DNA of 64,000 nucleotides from Deinococcus sp. Lineage in GTDB: Bacteria; Deinococcota; Deinococci; Deinococcales; Deinococcaceae. Below are positions 41,334 through 52,166 of this stretch, in pieces. The notes under the pieces were generated by a model that was not told where the DNA came from, searched no databases, and saw only the letters and a program-made list of their open reading frames with translations. Location of the stretch: the NCBI GenBank assembly GCA_965261005.1, contig OZ253375.1, forward strand, positions 2,368,001-2,432,000. Reading direction: 5' to 3'. Position 1 is the first letter of the stretch. Every line of letters begins with the position of its first letter. Made by a program: the position numbers and the translations under genes.

Positions 41334-42923
41334 TTATTGGCCGCCGCCAGCATATTGGCTGAAGCGAAAAACCACGAATTCTGCCGGCTTCACCGGCGCA
41401 AGGCCGATCTCAATCATCAGAACGCCGCGGTCGCGCACTTCCGGCGGATTCAGCTCGGCGTCGCACTTGACGTAAAACGCTTCGCCCGCCGTAGTGCCGA
41501 ACAGAGCGCCGTCACGCCACACTGTGGTCAAAAAGGCGGTGATGTCACGTCGCACCTTTGACCACAGCATTACGTCGTTGGGTTCAAACACGGCCCACTG
41601 GGTGCCGCGCTCGATTGAGCGTTCGACCATGCTGAACAAGCGACGCACGCTGATGTAGCGCCAACGTGCGTCGCTGGAAAGCGTGCGCGCGCCCCACACC
41701 CGCACGCCCATGCCGGTGAAGCTGCGAATGCAGTTCACGCCGATAGGATTGAGCACGTCCTGCTCACCCTTGGTAATTTGCATCACGGGGTCGAGGGCGC
41801 CGCGCACGACCTCGTTGGCCGGCGCCTTATGCACGCCACGCTCCACGTCACTGCGGGCATAGATACCGGCCACGTGTCCGCTGGGCGGCACCGCCATGCT
41901 GGCGCCATCCGGGCCGTTCACCTTCACCCAGGGGTAATACAGGGTGCCGTAGGCGGAGTCAAAGTTGGTGTCCGTTTCGCGCCAGCGCTTGACTTCCTGC
42001 GGTGTCAGGTCTGGCAGGGGGTCCAGAATGGCCACGCGGTTCTGGTTGCGCTCGCAGTGGTTGATCATGGCGAGTTGCACGGACTTGACGCCCTCTTGGT
42101 CGATCAGGCCGTTTTGATAGGCGCTCATCAAGTCGGGCACGCAGATCATCGAGACGTCTTCGGCGATCTCCAGACCGTCGATGCCGGAGCGCTCCGCGAG
42201 CGAGCCGATAAAGTCGTTGCTCTGCACCGTCAGGTCGGTCGCGCTCGTGGCAGCGCTCGATTTGATCACGAAGGCGCCCAACTCCGGTACGCGCTCCGCG
42301 AGGGCGCCGCTGGTGGTCTGCTCGGTGATCTCGATCAGCTTGCTGGCCTGATTGACCACTTCCACCACGTTGCGCGCGTGCTTTTTGGAAATCGAGACGT
42401 TCTCGAAGGTTTCCTCGGCGCCCGCCGCCTTGACCTTGATGGTGAACACGCCCTCGCCGGGCTGCCCGTCGCCTTCGGACGCGGCGGGCAGTACCTCCAC
42501 GCTGATGTCGTTGCTGCTGTTGCCGCGCGCCTCAATGGTCAAGGCCGAAACTGCCTTGGAGGCGCGGGTAGGCAGTTGCAGCGGCGCGCTTTGGTCAATG
42601 GTCTTGCTGTCCTTGCCACCCTTGCTTTGCTGGGGCGGCACGACGCGGGTGACGTAGCAACGCGTCCCGCCGTTGTTGAAGTAGCCGTATACCGCATGGG
42701 ACAGGTAAGCGCCGGGCATGTGCGGGTTGCGGGCGCCGTCCGGTCCCAGCGCGCCAAAGGTGTTGCGAAATTGGGACCAATTGGTCACCAGCACCGGCTG
42801 GTTGGCCGGTCCCGAAGCGGCAAACCCAACAAAGGCGGCCGTGGTCGTGCCAATGCCCTCAATGGGACGCGGCCCGGAAGCCGTTTCCTCAATGTAGACC
42901 CCTGGCGACAGATACTCTTGCAT
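41334..42923 (-). CDS. Contractile tail sheath protein
   Basis: YLSPGVYIEE, LYYPW, PPSG, GVHKAPAN, VWGARTL, VFEPN and APVKPAEFV motifs. Confidence 0.95.
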   Translation of the reverse strand: MQEYLSPGVYIEETASGPRPIEGIGTTTAAFVGFAASGPANQPVLVTNWSQFRNTFGALGPDGARNPHMPGAYLSHAVYGYFNNGGTRCYVTRVVPPQQSKGGKDSKTIDQSAPLQLPTRASKAVSALTIEARGNSSNDISVEVLPAASEGDGQPGEGVFTIKVKAAGAEETFENVSISKKHARNVVEVVNQASKLIEITEQTTSGALAERVPELGAFVIKSSAATSATDLTVQSNDFIGSLAERSGIDGLEIAEDVSMICVPDLMSAYQNGLIDQEGVKSVQLAMINHCERNQNRVAILDPLPDLTPQEVKRWRETDTNFDSAYGTLYYPWVKVNGPDGASMAVPPSGHVAGIYARSDVERGVHKAPANEVVRGALDPVMQITKGEQDVLNPIGVNCIRSFTGMGVRVWGARTLSSDARWRYISVRRLFSMVERSIERGTQWAVFEPNDVMLWSKVRRDITAFLTTVWRDGALFGTTAGEAFYVKCDAELNPPEVRDRGVLMIEIGLAPVKPAEFVVFRFSQYAGGGQ

Positions 42924-43207
42924 GCCTATTTCACCTCGTAAAGTCAGCCTGTGCTGCGAATTGGGACGCCGGAGTTGACCAGCGGGCCGAGAGGCGACGC
43001 GCGCAGCCTTTCGGCTGAAGGACGCCTCACCTATGAGCATACGCAGTTCTGAGGCGGCTGTGTACGCAAACTTGGCATTCTTAAGAGCAAACCTTCCCAA
43101 AGACCGGCCAAAGGCGCTTCTCGAATAGGACGGAGCGGTAAGCTGGAGACCTTCGGAGACCGATTTATGATCCAAACGCCCTGCTGTTCCCTTTCCTTCG
43201 CGCAACG

Positions 43208-45181
43208 ATGTCCCGTCTCACTTGGTGGCCAGCCTTGAACATCAGGCTGGTGCTCAGCCGCTGGCTGTTGGGACAGCCGGCGGAGAACGCCGACGGTCCC
43301 TATGAAAAGGAAAGGGAGGTGGGCGACCATACCCAGCCGTGGTGGCGGGTGATGTGCTTGACCGGCGTGGACTACTTCTCGACGCTGGGCTACCAACCGG
43401 GCATTGCGGCGGTGGCGGCCATTGGCGCGGGGGCGCTGGCCTTGTCTCCTATCGCGACCTTGGTCCTGGTCCTGGTGACCCTGTTTGGAGCGCTTCCGAT
43501 GTACCGCCGGGTGGCCGGCGAAAGTCCGCACGGCGACGGCTCGATCAGCATGCTCGAAAAGCTTTTGCGAAGGTGGCAAAGCAAGCTGTTGGTGTTGGTG
43601 CTGCTGGGCTTTGTCGCCACCGGCTTCATCATTACCATCACGCTTTCGGCCGCCGACGCCGCCGAACACTTGGTCGAGAATCCCTTGCTGCGTCCCTTTG
43701 TGGGCGGTCAGAACATCGCCTTCGCGCTGCTCTTGATCGCGCTGCTGGGCGGCGTCTTTCTCAAGGGCTTCCAAGAGGCCATCGGGATTGCGGTGGTGTT
43801 GGTCGCCGCCTATCTGTCGCTCAATTTGGTGATCGTGATGAAGGGCGCCCTCGAAATTTGGCACCAGCCCGCGCTGCTCGGCGCTTGGACGCGCAGCTTG
43901 GGCGGCGCCTACGCCAGCCCGCTGGCGCTGATCGGGGCGGCCCTGCTGGTGTTTCCCAAGTTGGCGCTGGGCCTGTCCGGGTTCGAGACCGGCGTGGTTG
44001 TGATGCCGCTGGTGCGCGGCGCGCCGGGCGATAATCCGGCGCGCCCGCAGGGCCGCATTCAAAATGCCCGCAAGCTGCTGACCGGGGCGGCCCTGATCAT
44101 GAGCGTCCTGCTGATCTCCAGCTCCTTTGTCACGGCGGTGCTGATTCCGAAGGGAGCCTTTCTGGAGGGTGGTCCCGCCAGCGGGCGGGCGCTGGCGTAC
44201 ATGGCCCACCGCGACCTCGGCGAGGTGTTCGGCAGCGCCTACGACCTCTCGACCATCCTGATTCTGTGGTTTGCGGGCGCCTCGGCCATGGCGGGCCTGC
44301 TGAACATCGTGCCGCGCTACCTGCCCAGGTACGGCATGGCCCCCGAGTGGGCGCGCGCCACCCGGCCCTTGGTGCTGATCTACACCGCCATCTGCTTTCT
44401 GGTGACGCTGATCTTTCGCGCCGACGTGAACGCCCAGGCTGGCGCCTACGCCACCGGCGTGCTGGTGCTGATGGGCAGCGCCAGCGTGGCCGTGACCCTT
44501 TCGGCCGCGCGGGCGGGCCAGCGCGCTCTGAGCCTCGGCTTCGCGCTGGTCAGCTTCATCTTCGCCTACACGCTGGTCGTGACCCTGGCCAGCGACCTCA
44601 GCGGTCTGCGCATCGGCGGCCTCTTCATCCTGGCCATCGCGGCGGTGTCGCTGGTGTCGCGGGTGCGGCGCTCGACCGAGCTGCGCGCCGAGCGCGTCGA
44701 ACCCGACGCGGCGGCCCAGCACTTTCTGGACGCGGCGGCGCGGGCGGGAACGCTGCGCTTTATCGCCAACTCCCTGAACGCCGGAGATGTCGCCGAGTAC
44801 AGCGAAAAAGAGCGCGACGTGCGCGCCGAGACCCACCTGCCCCTCGGTGAGAACGCCCTGTTTTTGGAGGTCACCGTCAGCGATCCCAGCGCCTTTGAGG
44901 ACGTGATCATGGCGGAGGGCGCCGAGGTGGGCGGCTACAGGGTGCTGCGCTTGCGCGGCAGCGCCGTGCCCAACGCCATCGCCGCCTTTTTGCTGTGGGC
45001 GCGCGACCGCTACGGCCAGGTGCCCCACGTGTACTTCCAGTGGATCGAGGGCAGCCCGCTGCTGGCCGCCGGCCGCTTTTTGCTGCTGGGCGAGGGGGAC
45101 ATCGCCCCCCTGACCCACGAGGTGCTGCGCGAGGCCGAGCCGGACCTGACCCGGCGCCCGGTCGTGCACGTGGGCGGCTGA
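43208..45181 (+). CDS. APC-family amino acid permease-like transporter
   Basis: [16 protein letters not shown] and [14 protein letters not shown] motifs; ~12 TM helices. Confidence 0.8.
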   Translation: MSRLTWWPALNIRLVLSRWLLGQPAENADGPYEKEREVGDHTQPWWRVMCLTGVDYFSTLGYQPGIAAVAAIGAGALALSPIATLVLVLVTLFGALPMYRRVAGESPHGDGSISMLEKLLRRWQSKLLVLVLLGFVATGFIITITLSAADAAEHLVENPLLRPFVGGQNIAFALLLIALLGGVFLKGFQEAIGIAVVLVAAYLSLNLVIVMKGALEIWHQPALLGAWTRSLGGAYASPLALIGAALLVFPKLALGLSGFETGVVVMPLVRGAPGDNPARPQGRIQNARKLLTGAALIMSVLLISSSFVTAVLIPKGAFLEGGPASGRALAYMAHRDLGEVFGSAYDLSTILILWFAGASAMAGLLNIVPRYLPRYGMAPEWARATRPLVLIYTAICFLVTLIFRADVNAQAGAYATGVLVLMGSASVAVTLSAARAGQRALSLGFALVSFIFAYTLVVTLASDLSGLRIGGLFILAIAAVSLVSRVRRSTELRAERVEPDAAAQHFLDAAARAGTLRFIANSLNAGDVAEYSEKERDVRAETHLPLGENALFLEVTVSDPSAFEDVIMAEGAEVGGYRVLRLRGSAVPNAIAAFLLWARDRYGQVPHVYFQWIEGSPLLAAGRFLLLGEGDIAPLTHEVLREAEPDLTRRPVVHVGG

Positions 45182-45184
45182 GAT

Positions 45185-45952
45185 TTAGTCCGGGGCCACC
45201 ACCCTGACGCCCCGCGCTTCGAGGGCCTGCCTGAGCGCGCGCGCCGTTTCCAGCGCGTGCGGCCCGTCGCCGTGAACGCAGATGGTGTCCGCCCGCAGGG
45301 GGATGGGGATAAGGCTGCCGACTTGCGTCCGCATTTGAGCGCGCGTCACCATGCCGAGGGCCTGCCGCACGGCCTGCTCCCGCCCCAACAGCGCGCCCGG
45401 CTGGTCCCGAGGCGCCAAGTGCCCGGCCGGCGTGTAGGCGCGGTCGGCGAAGACCTCGTGGATGACGCGTAGCCCGGCCGCCTCACCGGCGCGCGTCAGC
45501 TCGCTGTTCGAGAGGCCGTACAGCTTGAGGTTTGGATCAAACGTCTTTACGGCGGCGGCGATGGCCCCGGCCAGTTCGGCGTCGCGCGCGGCCATGTTGT
45601 AGAGCGCCCCGTGCGGCTTGACGTGGCCCAGCCGCCCGCCGGCGGCGCGTACAAAGGCGGCGAGCGCGCCGATCTGGTACAGCGTCAGGTCATGCGCTTC
45701 TTGCGGAGAAACGCGCAGCTCCCGGCGCCCGAAGCCCTGCAAGTCCGGCAACCCGGGATGGGCGCCCACGGCCACCCCACGCGCCAAGGCGGCGGCCACG
45801 GTGTCGCGCATGATGCCCGGATCGCCCGCGTGCCAGCCGCAGGCGACGTTCGCCGAGGTCACCAGTTCCAGCAGGGCGGCGTCCTCGCCGAGCTGGTAGC
45901 GGCCGAAGCTCTCGCCAAGGTCGCTGTTCAGGTCCACCCGTGGACTGTTCAC
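45185..45952 (-). CDS. pxpA: 5-oxoprolinase subunit A (LamB/YcsF)
   Basis: DLNSDLGES, ANVACGWHAGD, HVKPHGALYN and CVHGD motifs. Confidence 0.93.
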   Translation of the reverse strand: MNSPRVDLNSDLGESFGRYQLGEDAALLELVTSANVACGWHAGDPGIMRDTVAAALARGVAVGAHPGLPDLQGFGRRELRVSPQEAHDLTLYQIGALAAFVRAAGGRLGHVKPHGALYNMAARDAELAGAIAAAVKTFDPNLKLYGLSNSELTRAGEAAGLRVIHEVFADRAYTPAGHLAPRDQPGALLGREQAVRQALGMVTRAQMRTQVGSLIPIPLRADTICVHGDGPHALETARALRQALEARGVRVVAPD

Positions 45953-46935
45953 ACCGCTTCCCACCGTAGGCGGGCCACCCGCTCCAGGGCGCGCAGGGCG
46001 CGCTCACGCCGCAGGTACAAGGCCCTGGCCCCCGGCACACTGAGGGAGTGAAAGCGCGCCCGCTCCCCCGGCACCAGTTGGGCGCAGCGCCACACATCGA
46101 CCTGCACGATTTGCGCGACGCGCGGATAGCCGCCGACCGTTTGCCCGTCGGCCAGCAGCGCGATGGGCTGGCCGCTGGGGGGCACCTGCACGGTTCCCGG
46201 CGACACGGCCGCACTGGGCAACTCGCCCGCCCGCGCCCGCGCGAGGGGCGGTCCCTCCAGCCGGACACCCATGCGGTCGGCGTGCGCGCTGACCGTGAAC
46301 CAAGTGCGCCAAAAGGTCTCTTGGGCCGCCCCGGTGAACCACGCCATTTCCGGCCCCGGCGTGGCCCGCAGCGCCGCGCCGCGCCGCCAAGGTGGGGAAA
46401 AGGACCACGGCGCGGCCCAAAAGGCGCCGGCGAAACCGGCCGGCGCCCCGAACCCCGGTCCTTCGCCGACCTGCAACAAGTCCCCCCCTCGCAACGCCCG
46501 TCCCTCGAAGCCGCCGAAGCCCGCCGGCAGGTAGGTGCTGGTGCTGCCCAGCACCGGGGGCACCTTGATTCCGCCCGCCACGCTGAGGTACAGCCGGCAG
46601 CCTTGCCGGGGGCGCCCGGTGAGGAGCAGGCTGCCCATGGGCAGCCACAGCGGGCGCCACAGCGGCAGCGGCGCCCGCCGCGTGCCATACCTCAGCTCGG
46701 CGCTCAGGTCGGCCCCGGTGAGGGCGATCAGGGCGTCCGCCCCGAATTCAAACGAGCTGCCGCCCAAGGTGATTTCCAGCCCCGCCGCCCCCGGCGGGTT
46801 GCCCACCAAGGCGTTGCCCAGCCGCAACGCCTCGGCGTCGGCCGCCCCGCCTGGCGGCACGCCCCACGCCCGCTGGCCGGGCCGACCGAGGTCTTGCACG
46901 GTGCTGAGAAGACCCGGCTGCAACACCCGAATCAG
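45949..46935 (-). CDS. pxpC: 5-oxoprolinase subunit C
   Basis: PGLLSTVQDLGR, ADRMGVRL and DGQTVGGYP motifs; start is CTG at 46935 or GTG at 46926. Confidence 0.9.
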   Translation of the reverse strand: MIRVLQPGLLSTVQDLGRPGQRAWGVPPGGAADAEALRLGNALVGNPPGAAGLEITLGGSSFEFGADALIALTGADLSAELRYGTRRAPLPLWRPLWLPMGSLLLTGRPRQGCRLYLSVAGGIKVPPVLGSTSTYLPAGFGGFEGRALRGGDLLQVGEGPGFGAPAGFAGAFWAAPWSFSPPWRRGAALRATPGPEMAWFTGAAQETFWRTWFTVSAHADRMGVRLEGPPLARARAGELPSAAVSPGTVQVPPSGQPIALLADGQTVGGYPRVAQIVQVDVWRCAQLVPGERARFHSLSVPGARALYLRRERALRALERVARLRWEAV

Positions 46936-47612
46936 GACGTTTCTCCATCTTGAAAGGCCTTCAGCGGGACCGGCACGAAGCGGACCTTGTCGCCGCCGCG
47001 AAGCAGGCTGGGCGGGTCGCGCCGCGGATTAAACAGCGCAGCGTTGGTGCGCCCGATGATGTGCCAACCGCCCGGCATCGCGAACGGGTACACGCCGGTT
47101 CGCCCGCCGGCCAGCGCCACCGCGCCGGCCGGCACCCTCACGCGCGGCGCCGCCCGGCGCGGCAGGTGCAGGCGGGGGTCAAGGCCGCTCAGATAGGCGA
47201 AGCCCGGCGCGAAGCCGATCAGCTCGATCAGGTACTCGGCGCCGGCGTGCAACTCGACCACCTCCCGCTCGCTCAGGCCGCTATGGCGCGCCACCCAAGC
47301 CAAGTCGGGGGCGCCGTTCCCCTCGTAACACACCGGCAGCTCGTGCAGGCGCGGCGTGGAGGCGGACGGCTCGCTCTGATCAGACAAGCGGCGGCGCAGC
47401 TCGGCCTCCAATTCGGCCGGACCCCAGCGCAGCGGGTCGGCGTACACGGTCAGGCTGGTGGCGCCGGGCACCGCCTCCAGAAAACCGGGAAACGGCGCGG
47501 CGCGCAACTTGGCGTGCAACCGGGCGATCTCGTCGCGCCCGCCCGCGCCCGGGGTTTCATCCAGCGTGACGATCAGGCCCAACTCGCCCAGCGGGGTAAA
47601 TTTTGGAACCAT
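46932..47612 (-). CDS. pxpB: 5-oxoprolinase subunit B
   Basis: LPVCY, GFAPGFAYL and PGGWHIIGRT motifs. Confidence 0.92.
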   Translation of the reverse strand: MVPKFTPLGELGLIVTLDETPGAGGRDEIARLHAKLRAAPFPGFLEAVPGATSLTVYADPLRWGPAELEAELRRRLSDQSEPSASTPRLHELPVCYEGNGAPDLAWVARHSGLSEREVVELHAGAEYLIELIGFAPGFAYLSGLDPRLHLPRRAAPRVRVPAGAVALAGGRTGVYPFAMPGGWHIIGRTNAALFNPRRDPPSLLRGGDKVRFVPVPLKAFQDGETS

Positions 47613-47714
47613 TCCCGCAGCTTACAGGCGTGCCGTGCAGGGCGCCCACTCCTGGGCTAAACTCTCTTCGCCGGCGGGCGTCCCAAAAGGCTCGTTGGCA
47701 AAGGAACGCTCTGT

Positions 47715-48308
47715 ATGGTCGAGGCGCTGCTCCACTGGTTGAATACCCTCAACCCGCTTGCCGTTCAAGCCGTCAACTTCTTGCTGCTCGTGCTTGAGGG
47801 CGTCGGCTTGCCGGCCATTCCGTATGAGGCCAGCATGCTCGCCCTGGGGCTGATGAGCCGCGGCGGTCAGGTGGCGCTGTGGCAAGCGGTCTTGTTCGGC
47901 GCCCTCGGCAATACGCTGGGCAACGTTATCGGCTATTACGTCGGCGAGCGGGGCTTGCGGCTGATTCCCCAAGACGTGCAGCGCCGCTTCGGCCTGAATA
48001 CCATTCGGTCCCTGCTCGAGCGGCACGGTCCCTGGATGGCGGTGATCAGCCGCTGGTTCGGCCCGTTCCGCACCCTGTTTATCTTGTACGCGCGCACGGC
48101 GGGCCTCAAGCCCATTCCATACGCCGCCTGCTCTTTTGTGGGCGCGCTGAGCTGGACGGCCGTGTGGCAGCTCGGCTTGTGGGCGGGCGGCGTCGCCTTT
48201 GTGCAGTTATGGCATCGCTACCAGACCTACACCCTGGTCATCTTGGCCGTCCTGGCCGTGCCCGCCTACTTTATCTACCGCGCTTACCAGGCGCGGCGAA
48301 CGGCGTGA
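47715..48308 (+). CDS. DedA family membrane protein
   Basis: LEGVGLP.IP.E, GN.IGYYVG and SRW..PFR motifs. Confidence 0.85.
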   Translation: MVEALLHWLNTLNPLAVQAVNFLLLVLEGVGLPAIPYEASMLALGLMSRGGQVALWQAVLFGALGNTLGNVIGYYVGERGLRLIPQDVQRRFGLNTIRSLLERHGPWMAVISRWFGPFRTLFILYARTAGLKPIPYAACSFVGALSWTAVWQLGLWAGGVAFVQLWHRYQTYTLVILAVLAVPAYFIYRAYQARRTA

Positions 48309-48362
48309 CGGCGTCCATGTCTTCAAAAAAAGAACCCCGCGCTGGACGGGGTTCTTTCCTCG

Positions 48363-48439
<77 letters not shown>

Positions 48440-48484
48440 GAACCCGAAAAAATACGAACCCCCGAATTCCTTCGGGGGCGCCTT

Positions 48485-48560
<76 letters not shown>

Positions 48561-48573
48561 GTAAAGCTTTGGC

Positions 48574-48603
48574 ATCTTAGCAAGCGGGCGTGGGAAATGT
48601 CAA
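48574..48603 (-). promoter_or_regulatory. Sigma-70 promoter of the tRNA pair
   Basis: TTGACA-18nt-TAAGAT with TGn extension. Confidence 0.75.
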
Positions 48604-48651
48604 CGCGGCAAATGCGCCAAAAACGCGCGCCGCTTGGTCTAGCCTAAATGT

Positions 48652-49020
48652 ATGAGCGACCGCCTGCTGAGCGCCGCCCTGCTGCTGGCCGCCTTGGCAT
48701 GTGGCAGTTGGGCTGTTTGGCCGCAGCTTTTTCCTGAGCCGCGCGCGCCGCAGGTGACCAGCGCCTTTTTGCCGCCAACCGGCCCCCTTGATCCGGCGCC
48801 CAGCTACGCCACCACGGCCAGCGTCGCGCCGCTGATTTCAGGACGGCTGAACATCAACAGCGCCACTGAGGAGCAATTGGAAGCCCTGCCCAAAGTCGGA
48901 CCGGCGATGGCGAAGCGCCTTTTGGCGGCCAGGCCCTACCGCTCGTTGAATGACCTCGACCACGTCAAAGGGGTGGGGCCGAAGCTGCTGGCCACGTTGG
49001 CGCCGCTGGTGACGTTTTGA
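48652..49020 (+). CDS. comEA: ComEA-family HhH DNA-binding protein
   Basis: [18 protein letters not shown] and L..VKGVG motifs. Confidence 0.88.
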   Translation: MSDRLLSAALLLAALACGSWAVWPQLFPEPRAPQVTSAFLPPTGPLDPAPSYATTASVAPLISGRLNINSATEEQLEALPKVGPAMAKRLLAARPYRSLNDLDHVKGVGPKLLATLAPLVTF

Positions 49021-51233
49021 CCCACGCGCTCGGGCGGCACGCGGCGGCCAAGGTACCGGACCGCGCGCCGGCGGGTCGGCCCGCCTTCCTGCCGCCGTGG
49101 CCGCTCGTTCTATTCGCGGGCTTGCTGGCCGGCGTGCTGGTCGCTTGGGGCGCGTACTGGGGGGCGCTCTTTTTGCTGGTGGCGGCGCCGGCGGCGCGCG
49201 GGCGGGTCTGGCCGCTGGCGGCGCTGGCCCTCGCGGGCGCGCTGCTCGGCGGCGTGCGCGAGCGGCAGTGGGCCGGGGGGGACGACCGCCTGGCCGCTTG
49301 GCGTGGGGCCACCGTCACGCTGAGCGGCCGTTGGGACGGGCAATTTCTGACGCTCGCGGACCCGCCGGCGCGGGTGGCCTTGTCGCCGAAGCCGGACGTG
49401 CCCGCCGGCTCCCTGCGGGCGCGCGGTCACCTGGACGCGCCGGGGGGCCGGCGCAATCCCGGCGGCTTCGACTACGCCTTTTGGCTGCGCGTGCGGGGCG
49501 TGCGCGAGGTGCTGTACGGCGCGAAGGTCGTGCACTCTCCTGAGGGTGGTGGCGCGCGCGCTTGGTTCCAGCGCGGCCTCCACGCCGGCCTGAGCGTCCG
49601 GGCCGGGGCGCTGATGGAAGCGCTCACCTTGGGGGACAGAAGCGAGATCGCGCGGGAAGCCGTGCGGGCGGGGAATGACCTCAGCGTCCGCGACGCCTTC
49701 GCCCGGGCGGGGCTGGCCCATCTGGTCGCCCTCAGCGGGCAGCACGTCGCCCTGCTGGTCGGGGCCTTGCTGCTGCTGCTGGGCCGCACGCGGCTGGGCT
49801 TGGCGCGCTACGGCGTGGCGCTGGCCTTTTTGGCCCTGTACCTCACCTTGGTGGGCGCCTCGCCCAGCATCACGCGGGCGACCGTCCAAGGCGGGGCGGT
49901 GCTGCTGGGGCTGTGGGTGGGGCGCGGCAAGCTGGACGTGCTGGGCACGCTGGGCTTGGCGGGGGCGGCGAGCGTGTTGCTGTTTCCCGGCTGGGTCTTC
50001 GACCTCGGCTTTCAGCTGAGCTTTCTGGCGGTGCTGGCCCTCACGCTGACGCCGCGCTTAGAGGCCCGAATGCCGCAGGGGTGGCCACGCTGGCTGCGCG
50101 GGGGCGTGGCCGTCACGCTGCTGGCCGAGGTGGCGACGGCGCCCTTTGTCGCCCACAACTTCGGCCAGTTGCCGCTGGTCGGGCTGCCGGCCAACCTGCT
50201 GGCGGCGCCGCTGATCGCCGCCTTGGTGCCGCTGGGCTTTCTGGCCGGGCTGCTGGGGCCGCTGGGCCTGCTGGTGAATTGGCTGGTCGCTCCCATCGCG
50301 GGCCTGCTGCTGTGGCTGGTGGGCGCGCTGGGCGCCGCGCCCAGCTTGCCGTGGGGCCTGGTTGCGCCGGCGGGCTGGGCGGCCTACGTCGTGTTCGCGG
50401 CGGCCCTGGCGCTGTGGTTGTTGCGCCGAATTTCGGCGCGCGTCCTGGCAACGGTCGCGCTGCTGTGCGCGCTGGGCACGGCGTTGCCCGCCCGAATAGC
50501 GCCCACGCGCGAGCTGGTCTTCTTGGACGTTGGGCAGGGAGACAGCACGCTAGTGCGCCTGGGCGACTTCACCATGCTGATCGACGGCGGCGGCACCCCA
50601 CGGGGCGACTACGACGTGGGCGCCGGAACGGTGCTTCCCGCCCTGCGCGCGCTGGGCGTGAATAAAATAGATATCGCTATAGCCACTCATGCCGACGCGG
50701 ACCATGTCGAGGGCTTGTCCAGCCTGCTGCGCGCGTTGCCGGTGGGCGAACTGTGGATCGGGCAACGTAAAACGGACGATCCGGTGTTGGGGGCCGTCTT
50801 GTCGGTGGCGGAGGAGCGCCGTGTGCCCGTGCGCGAGGTGCGGCGCGGCGACCGCGCTACCGCCGGAGGCGCGACCTTCACGGTGCTGTGGCCGAGGGGG
50901 GCGCCGTGGAGCAGGGCCGACAACGACAACAGCGTGGTGCTCAAGTTGGAGGACCGTGGCTTCAGGACCGTCTTCCTGGGCGATCTGCCCGATCCCCTTG
51001 AAGGTCAGCTCGGCGTGGGCAGGCTTGACCTCTTGAAGCTGGCCCACCACGGCTCGCGCTTTTCGAGTGGGGCCGCCTTTTTGGCCGAGACGGCCCCGGG
51101 GGACGCCGTGATCTCGGTGGGCCGCAACACCTACGGGCACCCGAACGCCGAGGTGCTGGGAAGGCTGCAAGCGCAGGGAGTTCACGTTTGGCGCACCGAT
51201 CAATCGGGTGCCGTGCGCTGGCCTTTGCCGTAA
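49017..51233 (+). CDS. comEC: DNA uptake channel ComEC/Rec2
   Basis: [36 protein letters not shown] and HHGS motifs. Confidence 0.93.
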   Translation: MTHALGRHAAAKVPDRAPAGRPAFLPPWPLVLFAGLLAGVLVAWGAYWGALFLLVAAPAARGRVWPLAALALAGALLGGVRERQWAGGDDRLAAWRGATVTLSGRWDGQFLTLADPPARVALSPKPDVPAGSLRARGHLDAPGGRRNPGGFDYAFWLRVRGVREVLYGAKVVHSPEGGGARAWFQRGLHAGLSVRAGALMEALTLGDRSEIAREAVRAGNDLSVRDAFARAGLAHLVALSGQHVALLVGALLLLLGRTRLGLARYGVALAFLALYLTLVGASPSITRATVQGGAVLLGLWVGRGKLDVLGTLGLAGAASVLLFPGWVFDLGFQLSFLAVLALTLTPRLEARMPQGWPRWLRGGVAVTLLAEVATAPFVAHNFGQLPLVGLPANLLAAPLIAALVPLGFLAGLLGPLGLLVNWLVAPIAGLLLWLVGALGAAPSLPWGLVAPAGWAAYVVFAAALALWLLRRISARVLATVALLCALGTALPARIAPTRELVFLDVGQGDSTLVRLGDFTMLIDGGGTPRGDYDVGAGTVLPALRALGVNKIDIAIATHADADHVEGLSSLLRALPVGELWIGQRKTDDPVLGAVLSVAEERRVPVREVRRGDRATAGGATFTVLWPRGAPWSRADNDNSVVLKLEDRGFRTVFLGDLPDPLEGQLGVGRLDLLKLAHHGSRFSSGAAFLAETAPGDAVISVGRNTYGHPNAEVLGRLQAQGVHVWRTDQSGAVRWPLP

Positions 51234-51242
51234 AGTGAGCGC

Positions 51243-52166
51243 GTGCCCCACCTGCTCGACGTGCTGACCACGGTCCCGCAAAGCGCGGAAAGGCTGGCCG
51301 ACCAACTGGGCGTCACCACAGAGGCGGTCGGGGCCGAGTTGGCGCGCTTGATGGGGGAGGGGGTGCCGCTGCTGACCACGCCAGGCGGCCACGCCCTCGC
51401 TCTTGGCACGCCGGCGCCCACCTCGCTGCGCCCGCGCGGCGCCTTTGGACGGGCCTATCGCTACCTGGGCACGCTGGAGAGCACCCAGGATGAGCTGCGC
51501 GCTTGGCGGGACGCGCCACATGGGGCGGTCGTGTTGGCCGAGCGCCAGCGGGCCGGACGCGGGCGGCGCGGGCGCCCTTGGCACAGTCCCGGCGAGGCGC
51601 TGACGTTCTCGCTGCTGTTGTCGGAAGGGCCTGTTCTGGATGATCCCACGCTGGCCCCTTTCGCGGCGGGGGTGGCGCTGCGCGCGGCGTGCGGGGTCGG
51701 CGGCCTCAAATGGCCCAACGACCTGCTCGCCCCGGACGGCCGCAAGCTGGCCGGCGTGCTGCTGGAAAGCGAGCTGCGCGGCGGCCGGGTGCGCCGCGCG
51801 CTGCTGGGCGTCGGCCTGAACGTTCGCGGCGCCCCACCGGGTGGGGCGGCCCTGGGAGAGTTCCGCCCAGTCCAGCGCGCCGAGCTGCTTTCAGAACTGC
51901 TGTGGCAGTTGGAGGGCTGGCTGGCCGCCCCGCGCGGGCAAGTGCTGGCGACGTGGCGGGAAGGCAGCGTCACCTTGGGGCGCGAGGTCCGGGTGCAGAC
52001 GGCCCAGGGCGAGGTGTGCGGCGTGGCGCGCGCGCTAGAGTGGGACGGCGCCCTGAGCGTCGAGACGGCGCGGGGAACGGTGCGCGTGACCGCCGGCGAC
52101 GTTACCCTGGTTGGGACCCTGGTTGGGTCGCGAATCGGGTCGCGTCAAGAAAGCGAGGAAAGCTGA
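51243..52166 (+). CDS. birA: Biotin-protein ligase
   Basis: Q.AGRGRRGRPW, KWPND and KLAGVL.E motifs; N-terminal HTH. Confidence 0.92.
   Translation: MPHLLDVLTTVPQSAERLADQLGVTTEAVGAELARLMGEGVPLLTTPGGHALALGTPAPTSLRPRGAFGRAYRYLGTLESTQDELRAWRDAPHGAVVLAERQRAGRGRRGRPWHSPGEALTFSLLLSEGPVLDDPTLAPFAAGVALRAACGVGGLKWPNDLLAPDGRKLAGVLLESELRGGRVRRALLGVGLNVRGAPPGGAALGEFRPVQRAELLSELLWQLEGWLAAPRGQVLATWREGSVTLGREVRVQTAQGEVCGVARALEWDGALSVETARGTVRVTAGDVTLVGTLVGSRIGSRQESEES

Noticed and set aside
22875..42923. Prophage interpretation
   Set aside because: No integrase, terminase, portal, capsid or replication genes. The tail genes are of CIS type (DUF4157, two gp19 tubes, Afp7-like).
24039..42923. Canonical T6SS interpretation
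   Set aside because: Single-chain phage-type sheath and gp19 tubes instead of TssBC/Hcp; no TssJLM, TssK or ClpV.
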